In this document: positions 9,897 through 18,711 of the stretch, piece after piece
How positions within the stretch are numbered: position 1 is the stretch's first letter
How the letters are laid out: each line of letters opens with the position of its first letter
Assembly (NCBI GenBank): GCA_036676495.1
Contig: JAKFCT010000010.1
Span: 1-64,000, forward strand
Source: Candidatus Sericytochromatia bacterium
Lineage (GTDB): Bacteria; Cyanobacteriota; Sericytochromatia; S15B-MN24; UBA4093
Reading direction: 5' to 3'
Length of the DNA: 64,000 nt
Made by a program: the position numbers and the translations under genes
The notes under the pieces: generated by a model
What the model was told of the DNA's origin: nothing
The model's database searches: none
What the model saw: only the letters and a program-made list of their open reading frames with translations

Positions 9897-9949
9897 CTCT
9901 CTATCATGCAAAATTTTTGGCCAACTTGCAACGTGCGCTCGTTCGATAA

Positions 9950-10639
9950 TTAGTCGACCGAGGGCGAGACCTTGCCGATACCCCATTCTTTGAGTTCGGC
10001 CGTGACTTGCTGCAAGACAGGGCCGCCGCCCAGGTCGACGGTCAAGCCCTCAATGGCTTTCACCATGCCGATTCCCGGGACGTACCAGTAATGGAGCAAA
10101 TCCTCCGCTCCGGTGGCATAGGCGATCCGGTGGCGCGTGCGGGTGGCCTCGAAGGTGCCGGCAGGCACCGAAACCGACTCCGTCCCCACGATCGTGATGG
10201 TTTCTTGCGCGTGATCTCCCCAGCTCCGGCCCGGCCAGCTGCGACCCGCCTGCAGCGGGAAGGAAAGCACCGTGATCGAGCCGTCTTCGGGCTTGAGGTG
10301 GCGCGAGAGCGTGACTCCTTGCGCATCCACCACGGCCCGGGTGGGAGGCATCTCGCGCTCGCCGGTCTTGCGGGAAACGACCGCTCGAACCAGCCCCTGC
10401 AAGGATTCCGACTCGACGACTTGCGAGAGCTGATCGGGGCCCGGGCGCTCCGGACCGTTCCCCGAGCGCGAGACGGTGCTGTAACGCCAGAACATGCCCG
10501 CGGTGAGGGGATAGATCGCTTGCGACTGGCGCGCCGAGAGGGTCTTGGCGTCCCGAGAGGCGAGCGGCGCCCCGGGAAGCGAGGCGCAGCCGACGAAAAA
10601 GAGAGCGAGGAGGGGAAGCCCCAGCAGACGCCGGCGCAT
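9950..10639 (-). CDS. Putative lipoprotein (DUF3108/TapB-like beta fold)
   Basis: FFVGC lipobox; ESVSVPAGTF and WYVPGIGMVK motifs; 1-nt overlap with hemA stop. Confidence 0.7.
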   Translation of the reverse strand: MRRRLLGLPLLALFFVGCASLPGAPLASRDAKTLSARQSQAIYPLTAGMFWRYSTVSRSGNGPERPGPDQLSQVVESESLQGLVRAVVSRKTGEREMPPTRAVVDAQGVTLSRHLKPEDGSITVLSFPLQAGRSWPGRSWGDHAQETITIVGTESVSVPAGTFEATRTRHRIAYATGAEDLLHYWYVPGIGMVKAIEGLTVDLGGGPVLQQVTAELKEWGIGKVSPSVD

Positions 10640-11964
10640 CAGGCGAGAGGCATCGTGCGCCGCTCGCCGTTGCGGCGGAGGTAGTGCTCCTGGAAGTCCT
10701 CGACGTTGAGGTCGAAGAGCGTCTGGAGGGCGCTGGCATGGTGGTGCTGCTGGAGGGCGTTCATGCCCTTCAGGCTCGTCAGGGGCTGGTGCAGGAACTT
10801 GTTCATCATGGCCTGCGTCATCGACTCGACGAGCTGGCGCTGCTCGGGCGTGAACGTATGCGCATGCTTGTCCCAGAAGCGGTTGAGCTCCTGCTCGCGC
10901 AGGTCCTGCGCCTTGTTGCGGAAAGAGCTGATGGTCGGACTCATCCGGAAGTTCTTGAGCCAGGTCTGGTAGCTGCTGATCTCGGCGACCAGGATGGCCT
11001 CGGCTTCCATGGCGACGGCCTGGCGCTCGGTACGGTTCTTGCTGGCGACCGACTGCAGGTCGTCGACGTCGTAGACCGTGACGCCCGGCATGTCGCCCAG
11101 AGCCGGGTCGATGTTGCGGGGGACGGAGACGTCCACGATGAGCAGGGGCTTGCCGTCACGATTGGCGATCACGGACTTCATCTCGCTGGGGGTGAGCACG
11201 TAGTGGGGAGCGCCGGTCGAGCAGACGAGCATGTCGATCGCTTCGAGGGCGTCCTGCATGGCGTGGAAGGGGACGGCCTCGCCCCCGATCCGCTCGGCGA
11301 GCTGCTCGGCGGATTCCAGCGTGCGGTTGGCGACGTAGATCTTGGAGAGGTTGTACGAGGGAAGCTGCTTGGCGGCCAGTTCGCCCATCTTGCCGGTGCC
11401 CAGGATCATGATGGTCTTGCCGTCGAAGCCTCCGAGGCTCTCCTTGGCGAGTTCGATCGCGGCGCTCGAGACCGAGACGGCTCCGCGCGAGATCTCGGTC
11501 TCGGTCCTGACCCGCTTGCCGGCCGTCACCGCGAAGCGGAACAAGGAATCCAGGACCGCTCCCATCGTCCGGTGCAGCTGGGCCGCCGCTTGCGCGTCTT
11601 TCACCTGGCTGAGGATTTGGCCTTCGCCGAGGATCTGAGATTCCAGGCCTCCCGAGACCCGGAAGAGGTGCCGGATGGCCGCATCCCCCTCCAGGAAATA
11701 GAAAAACTCCTCGAAGACTTCGGCGGGAAGGTCCCGCTCTTCGAGGATGAAGGCCTTGAGGGCCTCACGGCCCTCAGCGGGGCTGGAGACCACGGCGTAG
11801 AGTTCGGTACGGTTGCACGTCGAGAGGATGGCTCCCTCGAGGATTGCGGGCCGGCTGACCATCATCGAGAGGCCCATGGCCAAGCCCTGGCCGGAAAACG
11901 CCACCCGCTCCCGAACTTCCACCGGGGCGGAGGCATGGCTCAAACCGAGCATCAATACGTGCAT
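10639..11964 (-). CDS. hemA: Glutamyl-tRNA reductase
   Basis: GLSH..APVEVRE, STCNRTE, GLESQILGEGQILSQVK, GTGKMG, DVSVPRNI. Confidence 0.97.
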   Translation of the reverse strand: MHVLMLGLSHASAPVEVRERVAFSGQGLAMGLSMMVSRPAILEGAILSTCNRTELYAVVSSPAEGREALKAFILEERDLPAEVFEEFFYFLEGDAAIRHLFRVSGGLESQILGEGQILSQVKDAQAAAQLHRTMGAVLDSLFRFAVTAGKRVRTETEISRGAVSVSSAAIELAKESLGGFDGKTIMILGTGKMGELAAKQLPSYNLSKIYVANRTLESAEQLAERIGGEAVPFHAMQDALEAIDMLVCSTGAPHYVLTPSEMKSVIANRDGKPLLIVDVSVPRNIDPALGDMPGVTVYDVDDLQSVASKNRTERQAVAMEAEAILVAEISSYQTWLKNFRMSPTISSFRNKAQDLREQELNRFWDKHAHTFTPEQRQLVESMTQAMMNKFLHQPLTSLKGMNALQQHHHASALQTLFDLNVEDFQEHYLRRNGERRTMPLA

Positions 11965-12380
11965 GTCGTCTAGAACTCCTCAGTTGGGCCATCGCGCCAC
12001 CATTGGCTGCGAGACCGTCGTTCGGGGCCCCGGGGAGGGAAGGCGTTTCGTCATGGCTCCCGTTTGGGAACCAATCCCCGAATCGAGCATCCATATTATA
12101 GCGTATCCGCTGGGATGAGTGCCCGTTCCCCGTTTACAAGTTATGAATCTTGCCACGTTCAAACCGGACAAAAATTCCGGTCAATCCTCGCTTCACCACC
12201 CTACAACATCCCGTAACTCCCGGCATCGGTACTTTTCCACAGCTGACCGAACGGGAGGGGACACGTATTCTGAAGTCAGGCCGTGTGCGCTCCGCTATTC
12301 TTGCCACCACGCCCCCTGCCCGATAGAATGAACCATCTCGCCTCTGTCCCGGGCCTTTCACGAAGGGAAAGCCAATACCG

Positions 12381-13724
12381 ATGTCGACAGCGACGCCAAG
12401 TCAAGATAAGCCGCTCAACGACCGCCCCGCCTCGGGCGGCGCGTCCTGGGCCGGCTTCATTCGTTTTTGGAGTTCCGTCAAGCTAGGGATCACGCTGATC
12501 CTGGCGATCGCGATGGGGTCCATCCTCGGCACGCTCGTCCCGCAGGGAGATCCCTCGGGCATCATGAGCTCGCCGATGAGTGAGCAGGCCAAGCAGATCC
12601 TCTTGGCCCTCGGCGCTCACAACGTCTATTACTCCTGGTGGTTCCTGAGCCTCTTGGCCGTGTTCTTCTTCAACCTGGCCATGTCCACCTGGTACGTCTG
12701 CCTGCCGCGCTTGCGGGTGGCCCTCAAGCCGCCCCGGCCCATGGCGGAGGCCACCCAGGAGCGCCAGCATGCGGATCGCCTGGTCATCCCGGCCGTCGAG
12801 CAAGAGCAAGTCGCCTCGCTGCTTCGCGCCCACCGCTTCCGCGTCTTCACCTTCCCGAACGGCCAGATCGTCGCCGACAAGGGTCGCGCCTCCAAGTTCT
12901 CGGCGCTGATCACCCATATCGGCCTCTTCACGCTTCTGATCGGCGGCCTGGTGAGCGGCCTGACGGGATTCAAGTCCCAGGCCCCGCTGTTCGTCGGGCA
13001 GGAAGCCCCGATCAACGACATCGTCAAGGTGGCCCACCAGCAAGGCGCGCTCGCCTCGGGTCATTACAACTGGTCCGTCCGCCTCGACAAGTTCTGGATG
13101 GACTACTACAACCCCCAAACCGTTCGCCAGTTCTACTCCAATCTGACGATTCAGCGCCCGGGGCATGCCCCTGAGACGCACCAGATATACGTCAACAAGC
13201 CGCTGCGGGTCGACGGTGTCACCTTCTACCAGTCCTTCTGGGGCGTGGGGGGTGCGAAGTTGAGCATCGGCAACGAAAACCGCCATGTCGAGCTGGAAAA
13301 TGCCGAACGCTTCAAGCTGGAAGGCTCCATCTCGCGCCGGTTGGATATCGGCAAGGGCCAGTACTTCCTTTACCTGCCCGATCACCGGGCTCCGCTTCAG
13401 ATCATCGACCTCAACTCGTTCCAGCCCGTCGCGGTGCTGGACGCGGGCAAGTCGACCGTGCTGAGCGGAGAGACGGTTTCCTACGTGGAGCCTGCGCTCT
13501 ACTCGGGACTGCAGGTCAAGGCTGACCCGGGCATTCCCATTGTCTACGCCGGTTTCTTCACCGTGGTCCTGGGCGTTGCCCTCGCCTTCATCAGCCATCG
13601 TCAGATCTGGCTCTCCCGGCGCGCGTCCGGTGAGTACTTGCTCTCCGGTGTCGCCAACCGCGGCCGCTTCACTTTCCAACAGGAGTTGCTCAAGATCACC
13701 TCCAAGTTGGGAACGACCGCTTAG
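12381..13724 (+). CDS. ccs1: Cytochrome c biogenesis protein Ccs1/ResB (system II)
   Basis: GTLVPQ, VYYSWWF, conserved His (LITHIG), QFYSNL, VNKPLRVDGVTFYQ, SGLQVKADPGIP. Confidence 0.92.
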   Translation: MSTATPSQDKPLNDRPASGGASWAGFIRFWSSVKLGITLILAIAMGSILGTLVPQGDPSGIMSSPMSEQAKQILLALGAHNVYYSWWFLSLLAVFFFNLAMSTWYVCLPRLRVALKPPRPMAEATQERQHADRLVIPAVEQEQVASLLRAHRFRVFTFPNGQIVADKGRASKFSALITHIGLFTLLIGGLVSGLTGFKSQAPLFVGQEAPINDIVKVAHQQGALASGHYNWSVRLDKFWMDYYNPQTVRQFYSNLTIQRPGHAPETHQIYVNKPLRVDGVTFYQSFWGVGGAKLSIGNENRHVELENAERFKLEGSISRRLDIGKGQYFLYLPDHRAPLQIIDLNSFQPVAVLDAGKSTVLSGETVSYVEPALYSGLQVKADPGIPIVYAGFFTVVLGVALAFISHRQIWLSRRASGEYLLSGVANRGRFTFQQELLKITSKLGTTA

Positions 13725-13732
13725 GAGTTACA

Positions 13733-14629
13733 ATGAACAACCTCGTTGCGATCGAAACGATCTTCGTGAACATCCTCTTCTGGGGAGTTCTCGCCGCCTG
13801 CGTCTTCTTCTGGACCGAGATCATCGGCAAGCAAAAATGGGCCCGGCTCGCCGGCACCGCCGGCATGGCGCTCGGCCTCGTCGGATCCATCGGAGCGATG
13901 GTCATGCGTTATTACTACGCCGGCTATCCTCCGCTCTCCAACCTGTTCGAATCGCTCTTGGGCCTGATCTTCTCCCTCTTGGCCATCTACCTCTTCATCG
14001 AGTGGCGCATGAAGCCCAAGTACTTCGGCGCGGCGGCGGCTCCGCTGGCGTTCCTGCTGATCGGCTTCGCGTCGATCCTGCCGGCCCGCCTCAAGGATGC
14101 TCACCCGCTCATGCCGGCCCTGCAGAGCTACTGGCTCAAGATCCACGTCAGCCTCATGCTCATCTCCTACGCCGCCTTCTTCCTGGCCTTCGCGGCCGCG
14201 GTGGTCTACCTGATCCTTCACGCCCGCGACAAGCGCGGCGGTGATCAGGGCGGCGGCGGAACCCTCGCCCTGGAGGGCGGTTCCACCTTCGGGCAGGCCC
14301 GCACCCAGTCGACGGCGCTCGCCTTCTTCGACGAGATCACCTACCGCCTGATCCTGCTCGGCTTCCCCATCCTCGCGCTCGGGATCATCACCGGCGGCAT
14401 CTGGGCCAACGCGGCCTGGGGCACCTACTGGAGCTGGGATCCCAAGGAAACCTGGTCGCTCATCACCTGGCTGGTCTACGCCGGCTACCTGCATGCGCGC
14501 ACCACCCGCGACTGGCGCGACCAGCGCTCGGCGATCTTCGCCATCGTCGGCTTCGTCTCGGTCATGGTCACCTACCTGGGCGTCAACTACCTGGCGCAAG
14601 GGCTCCATACCTATGGAAGCTTGCTATAA
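13733..14629 (+). CDS. ccsA: Cytochrome c biogenesis protein CcsA (system II)
   Basis: PLSNLFES, PALQSYWLKIHV, WWD motif WGTYWSWDPKETW, GLHTYG. Confidence 0.96.
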   Translation: MNNLVAIETIFVNILFWGVLAACVFFWTEIIGKQKWARLAGTAGMALGLVGSIGAMVMRYYYAGYPPLSNLFESLLGLIFSLLAIYLFIEWRMKPKYFGAAAAPLAFLLIGFASILPARLKDAHPLMPALQSYWLKIHVSLMLISYAAFFLAFAAAVVYLILHARDKRGGDQGGGGTLALEGGSTFGQARTQSTALAFFDEITYRLILLGFPILALGIITGGIWANAAWGTYWSWDPKETWSLITWLVYAGYLHARTTRDWRDQRSAIFAIVGFVSVMVTYLGVNYLAQGLHTYGSLL

Positions 14630-14983
14630 GGCCCGCCTTGTTGTAACCTGATCATCAGCCGAATTCGCTTGCGGCCGGGCCATCGGCCCGGCCGCACTGC
14701 TGAAAGAACCTAGCGGTAGCGCCCACGGCTCTCCCGCAAGGCGTCGAGTGCACGCCCGACACGTCTCGCGCCCCCCACTCGCCGTCCTGTCGGAAGGTCG
14801 ATGGTTATAGAGGTCAACATGCCGGAAAGCTTCCCCCCTGTCACCGAAGACATCGCTTTCGAACTCCTCATCCTCCACGCGGTCGCCGAGCGGGGTCGTG
14901 CTCTGAGAGGAACGCGGGCCTCGGCGCTGCGCTCCAGCCTGCTCTGGGAAGCGCCGAGGCCGCAACCGCGCGCGCCCCGAGGC

Positions 14984-16003
14984 ATGAAGAGCCTGATGCA
15001 CGTCGCGAGCGCCCTGGTGATCGCCTCGACCCTGAGCCTCACGCCGCCGGCCTCGCTACCCGCCTGGGCCCAGCGCAACGAAATCCACATCACGGTCGTC
15101 GACGTCCAGTCGGGCAAGCCCCTCTCCGAGGTCGTGCTGCGCGACTCCCATGGCAACGCGCTCGCCCGCACCCGCGCCGACGGCAAGATCAGCTTCAGCA
15201 TCCCTTCCGGCGAGCAACGCTTCACCCTGGAGCGGGCCGGCTATCAGAGCGTCACCCTGACTCGCGCGCAACTGGGAGGCAGCAACCTCGTCTCCATGCG
15301 CAAAACCGGCAGCCGGGTCGAGCCGGAGTCGCGGCCGACCGTCAAGCCCAGCCCGATCGTCAAGGCCAGCCCGAGCCCCGAGGCTCCGGCGCGCCCCATC
15401 GTCAAGCCGAGTCCGGCTCCCAAGGCCACCGTGCGCCCGACCGTGAAGCCCACCGCGGCCCCCAAGGCCACCGCTCGCCCGACGGCCAAGCCGACTGCCG
15501 CCCCCAAGGCCACGCCGCGCCCCGCCGCCAAGCTGAGCCCCACCCCCGAGGCCACCCTGCGTCCGACGGCCAAGCCGGTCCTCCAGGCGACTCCCGAGCC
15601 CGCGCAGCGCCCGCAGACCCAACCCGTTCCCGCGCAGCGTCCCCCGGCAACGCAAGGTGGCCGCTACGTCATCAAGCGGGGCGACACCCTCTGGGACATC
15701 GCGGCCGTCACGCTGGGGAGCCCGCTGAAGTGGCCGAGCCTCTACGAGGCCAACCGGAAAATCCTCACGCGCCCCAGCCTGATCTATCCGGGCCAGACCC
15801 TCGTCATTCCGACCGGGGAGGCGGCGACCAAGCCGCGCTTCCGCGGGACCCACACGGTCCGGCGCGGCGAGACGCTCTGGGAAATCGCCGATTCGGTCTA
15901 CGGCGATCCGCTCCGCTGGAAAGCCCTCTACCAGGCCAACCGCGGGATCATCAAGCGGCCCAGCCTGATCTACCCCGGCCAGACCCTGGTCCTGCCCCGG
16001 TAG
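14984..16003 (+). CDS. Secreted protein: beta-sandwich domain, Pro/Lys/Thr/Ala-rich linker, two LysM domains
   Basis: YVIKRGDTLWDIA..LIYPGQTL twice; PKATxRPTxKP repeats; start could be upstream (14801/14819). Confidence 0.85.
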   Translation: MKSLMHVASALVIASTLSLTPPASLPAWAQRNEIHITVVDVQSGKPLSEVVLRDSHGNALARTRADGKISFSIPSGEQRFTLERAGYQSVTLTRAQLGGSNLVSMRKTGSRVEPESRPTVKPSPIVKASPSPEAPARPIVKPSPAPKATVRPTVKPTAAPKATARPTAKPTAAPKATPRPAAKLSPTPEATLRPTAKPVLQATPEPAQRPQTQPVPAQRPPATQGGRYVIKRGDTLWDIAAVTLGSPLKWPSLYEANRKILTRPSLIYPGQTLVIPTGEAATKPRFRGTHTVRRGETLWEIADSVYGDPLRWKALYQANRGIIKRPSLIYPGQTLVLPR

Positions 16004-16009
16004 GATCCC

Positions 16010-16333
16010 GTGCCTCACGACCTCGTTCCCGCGCTGCGCATCGTCTGGAGACTACTCAGCCTGGGGACGGGGTTTCTTTTGCTCCTGCCCTTCGTACTGC
16101 CGCAAACCACGCTCTCCGGCTGGATCCCGACGTGCGACTGGCAGCTCCAGGGCAAGGCATGCGCGCTCTGCGGGATGACCACCGCGTTTTACCGGCTGAG
16201 CGCCGGGGATCTGCCGGGCGCGCTCGCCGCCAATGCCATGAGCCTCGCGCTCTACGTCTGTCTCGTCGCGAACCTGATCGTCTGCCTGATCGTGATGCTT
16301 CTCAAGAGAAAGGCCGCCCATGCAACTCATTAG
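16010..16333 (+). CDS. DUF2752-like membrane protein
   Basis: C..CALCGMTTAF..L..GD motif between hydrophobic helices. Confidence 0.75.
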   Translation: MPHDLVPALRIVWRLLSLGTGFLLLLPFVLPQTTLSGWIPTCDWQLQGKACALCGMTTAFYRLSAGDLPGALAANAMSLALYVCLVANLIVCLIVMLLKRKAAHATH

Positions 16334-16568
16334 TGTCATCTGGGGCCTGCTGGCCCTGCTGGGGGCCTTCGTGGCCTTCTTCCCCTGCCTCGGCTGGCTG
16401 AACTGGCTCATCATCCCCTTCGCGGTGATCGGGCTCGTCATGAGCCTGGTCGCCCGCGACCAGGAAGCCCGGACCGGGGTGAAGCCCTCCAACACGGCGG
16501 TGATTCTGAACAGCGCCGCGGTCCTGGTCGGGGTCGTGCGCCTCACGATCGGCGGGGGGATCTTCTAG
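16320..16568 (+). CDS. Small membrane protein (three hydrophobic helices)
   Basis: Hydrophobic 82 aa, overlaps or abuts both neighbours. Confidence 0.7.
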   Translation: MQLISVIWGLLALLGAFVAFFPCLGWLNWLIIPFAVIGLVMSLVARDQEARTGVKPSNTAVILNSAAVLVGVVRLTIGGGIF

Positions 16569-16874
16569 ATGCGACGCATCCTCCTCGTCCTCGCCCTCGC
16601 CACCCTTCCCCTGGCGATCCCGGCTCATGCCGAGGAGACCTCCGTCCCTTACGACGGCCCCAAGTGGGAGTACCGGATCGAGACCTTCCTGGCCGGCTCG
16701 GTGGACGGGATTCCCGGCATGGTGGCCAAGGCCGTGCTGAGCGGGCCGGACGCCCAGCGGCTGGCTGATCTTGGAAAAGAGGGCTGGGAGCTGGTTTCGG
16801 TGACCGGTGGGCGCGCCTACTTCAAGCGGCCCTTGAAGGAGCCGCCGGCACGCGGCTGGTGGCCGTTCTGGTAA
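16569..16874 (+). CDS. Secreted DUF4177-like protein
   Basis: Signal peptide AHA; KWEYR, LGKEGWELVSV, YFKRP. Confidence 0.75.
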   Translation: MRRILLVLALATLPLAIPAHAEETSVPYDGPKWEYRIETFLAGSVDGIPGMVAKAVLSGPDAQRLADLGKEGWELVSVTGGRAYFKRPLKEPPARGWWPFW

Positions 16875-16877
16875 GCC

Positions 16878-17330
16878 TTACGCGGGAAGCACGGGCAAGG
16901 GAACCGGAGGCTCCGCTTCCAGCCATGTGAAGCGCTGCTGCCCGCAGATGGCCATCCAGTCACAGCCCACGCAAACATTGGCGAGCAGCTCGGCATGGTG
17001 AGCCAGGATATGCTCCATGACCGGCGCGAGGTCGATGATTTGCCCCTCCGTCCAGCCCATCGCCTCCAATAGGCGCCGATCGCGCGCCTCGATGGAGCGC
17101 TGAAACTGACACGACGTGGGCTCGGACGCATCCTGGAGGTTCGGGCAGGCCTGGCAGAGCGGATCCGCGACGGCATGCACCTCCACCCGGGGGTACTGGC
17201 CGGAACGCAGGGCGTGCCAGACGCGGTTCATGTTGGCGACGAAGTCGGGGGAATAGCCCTTGCCCTGGTAGGTGGTCACGCACATCAGGTGGTGGGCACG
17301 CAGGGAAAAGGAAGGCGTGGGCGCGGTCAT
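16878..17330 (-). CDS. DUF1284 family protein
   Basis: LRAHHLMC..YQGKGYSPDFV.N, D.LCQACP, C..C.W..IC. Confidence 0.85.
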   Translation of the reverse strand: MTAPTPSFSLRAHHLMCVTTYQGKGYSPDFVANMNRVWHALRSGQYPRVEVHAVADPLCQACPNLQDASEPTSCQFQRSIEARDRRLLEAMGWTEGQIIDLAPVMEHILAHHAELLANVCVGCDWMAICGQQRFTWLEAEPPVPLPVLPA

Positions 17331-18040
17331 TTTTTCCTTTCGGCGAGGGCATGGGCGAGCCAGAGGCGCCCCCCTTCGAGCGTGAGTTCCGGCACGTGAT
17401 CAGTTTCCGGAAGCAGGGGGGCGAGCACCCGGGCGCCTCCTCCGGTGAGGGCGACGGGGGTATCGGGGCCGAGGCCCTCGCGCATCCGCGCGATCAGATG
17501 CCGGACCATCCCCACATGGCCGGCCACCAGCCCCAGCTGAATACTCTCGACCGTCGTCCTTCCCCAAAGGCCCCCCGGATCCGCCAGATCCACCGGCGGA
17601 AGCTGGGCCGTACGGCCAACCAGCGCAGCATGAGACATGTCCAGACCAGGGGCGATCGCCCCTCCCAGGATCGTGCCATCGGCAGCAATGGCCGTGAGGC
17701 TGGTGGCCGTCCCCAGGTCGACCGCGATGGCGGGCCCGCCGTAACGTGCGCGCAGGGCGACGGCGTTCGCCAGGCGGTCCGCGCCCAGGGCGCCGGGGGG
17801 CTGATAGGCGATCGGCAGGGGGGCGTTCTCGGAGGTGAGGCGGAGGGGCTGCTGCTCGACCCACGCCGCGAGAAGGGCCTGGGAGGCCTCAGGAACGACG
17901 GAAACGATCCCCGTGGGGCATCCCGGCTCCGGATGCGGCCAGGGGGCTTCCTGGGTCAGGTGGCGTTCGATCCGGCGAAGGTCGCCTCCCTCGTAGAAGG
18001 CGAACTGGGTCCGGGTATTTCCGACGAGCACGACGAGCAA
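17327..18040 (-). CDS. coaX: Type III pantothenate kinase
   Basis: GNT, LGADR, VDLGTAT, GGAIAPG, TAQLP, TGG; TTG start with GGAG RBS. Confidence 0.9.
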   Translation of the reverse strand: MLVVLVGNTRTQFAFYEGGDLRRIERHLTQEAPWPHPEPGCPTGIVSVVPEASQALLAAWVEQQPLRLTSENAPLPIAYQPPGALGADRLANAVALRARYGGPAIAVDLGTATSLTAIAADGTILGGAIAPGLDMSHAALVGRTAQLPPVDLADPGGLWGRTTVESIQLGLVAGHVGMVRHLIARMREGLGPDTPVALTGGGARVLAPLLPETDHVPELTLEGGRLWLAHALAERKK

Positions 18041-18171
18041 GCGATTCTCCTGGGGGGCGTCTCCCCGATGCTTGGATTCTTGCCAAGGACTTAATCCTAT
18101 GATAAGCTGATGCCTTGCGTCTTTCGATTATATGCGAAGGCCGAGATCCATTATCTACCGGAGGTACCAAG

Positions 18172-18363
18172 GTGTCCAAGGTTTGCGAAGTCTGCGCCAA
18201 GGGCCCGAGCACGGGTTACAACGTGAGCCACTCCAATCGCCACACCAAGCGGCGGTGGCTCCCCAATCTTCAGAGCGTTCGCGCCAACCTCGGCGGGACC
18301 GTTCGGAAGGTCAAGGTTTGCACCTCGTGCCTGAAGGCTGGCAAGGTGGTCCGCGCGGTCTAA
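18172..18363 (+). CDS. rpmB: 50S ribosomal protein L28 (Zn-binding CxxC form)
   Basis: GTG start after GGAGG; [34 protein letters not shown]. Confidence 0.97.
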   Translation: MSKVCEVCAKGPSTGYNVSHSNRHTKRRWLPNLQSVRANLGGTVRKVKVCTSCLKAGKVVRAV

Positions 18364-18385
18364 CCCGCGGGACATCGACGCTCTA

Positions 18386-18427
18386 AATCGAAGGCCGGAA
18401 GCGATGCTTCCGGCCTTCGATTGTTTT
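18386..18427 (+). terminator. Intrinsic terminator of rpmB
   Basis: aatcgaaggccggaagc-gat-gcttccggccttcgatt followed by gtttt. Confidence 0.85.
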
Positions 18428-18431
18428 CTCC

Positions 18432-18711
18432 CTAGCGCCTGCGGCTAGGCTTGTGAATGCGTAGCTGTCCTGTAGCAACGAGAGGCTAGCGCCCGCGGCT
18501 GTTGCGTAAGGCAGCGAGCGTTTGCCGTGAATGGCATGAACAGGGCCTTGAATTCTAAGCGCGCTGTCCTGTAGCAACGAGAGGCTAGGGAACGCGGCAG
18601 TTGCGAGGCGCCCCTGGCTGAAGGCCAGGAAAGCGAGCGTTAGCCGTGAAAGGCATGAACAGGGCCTTTACCTCAACGCTCGCTGACCTGTAGCAACGTC
18701 TTTCGCTCTAG
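18432..18711. repeat. Second array of the 4.1-kb repeat family, inverted orientation, three cores
   Basis: gctgtcctgtagcaacgagaggctag at 18464 and 18563, degenerate at 18682; reverse complement of the 4.1-kb core with one mismatch. Confidence 0.9.

Noticed and set aside
14630-14800. Cyclic-dinucleotide riboswitch before the LysM gene
   Set aside because: Only a simple hairpin; no consensus motifs recognised.
18464-18698. CRISPR or TIGR-like guide array
   Set aside because: Intervening segments are long (over 70 bp) and homologous to each other and to the 4.1-kb locus; the flanks are rpmB and hslO, not effectors.
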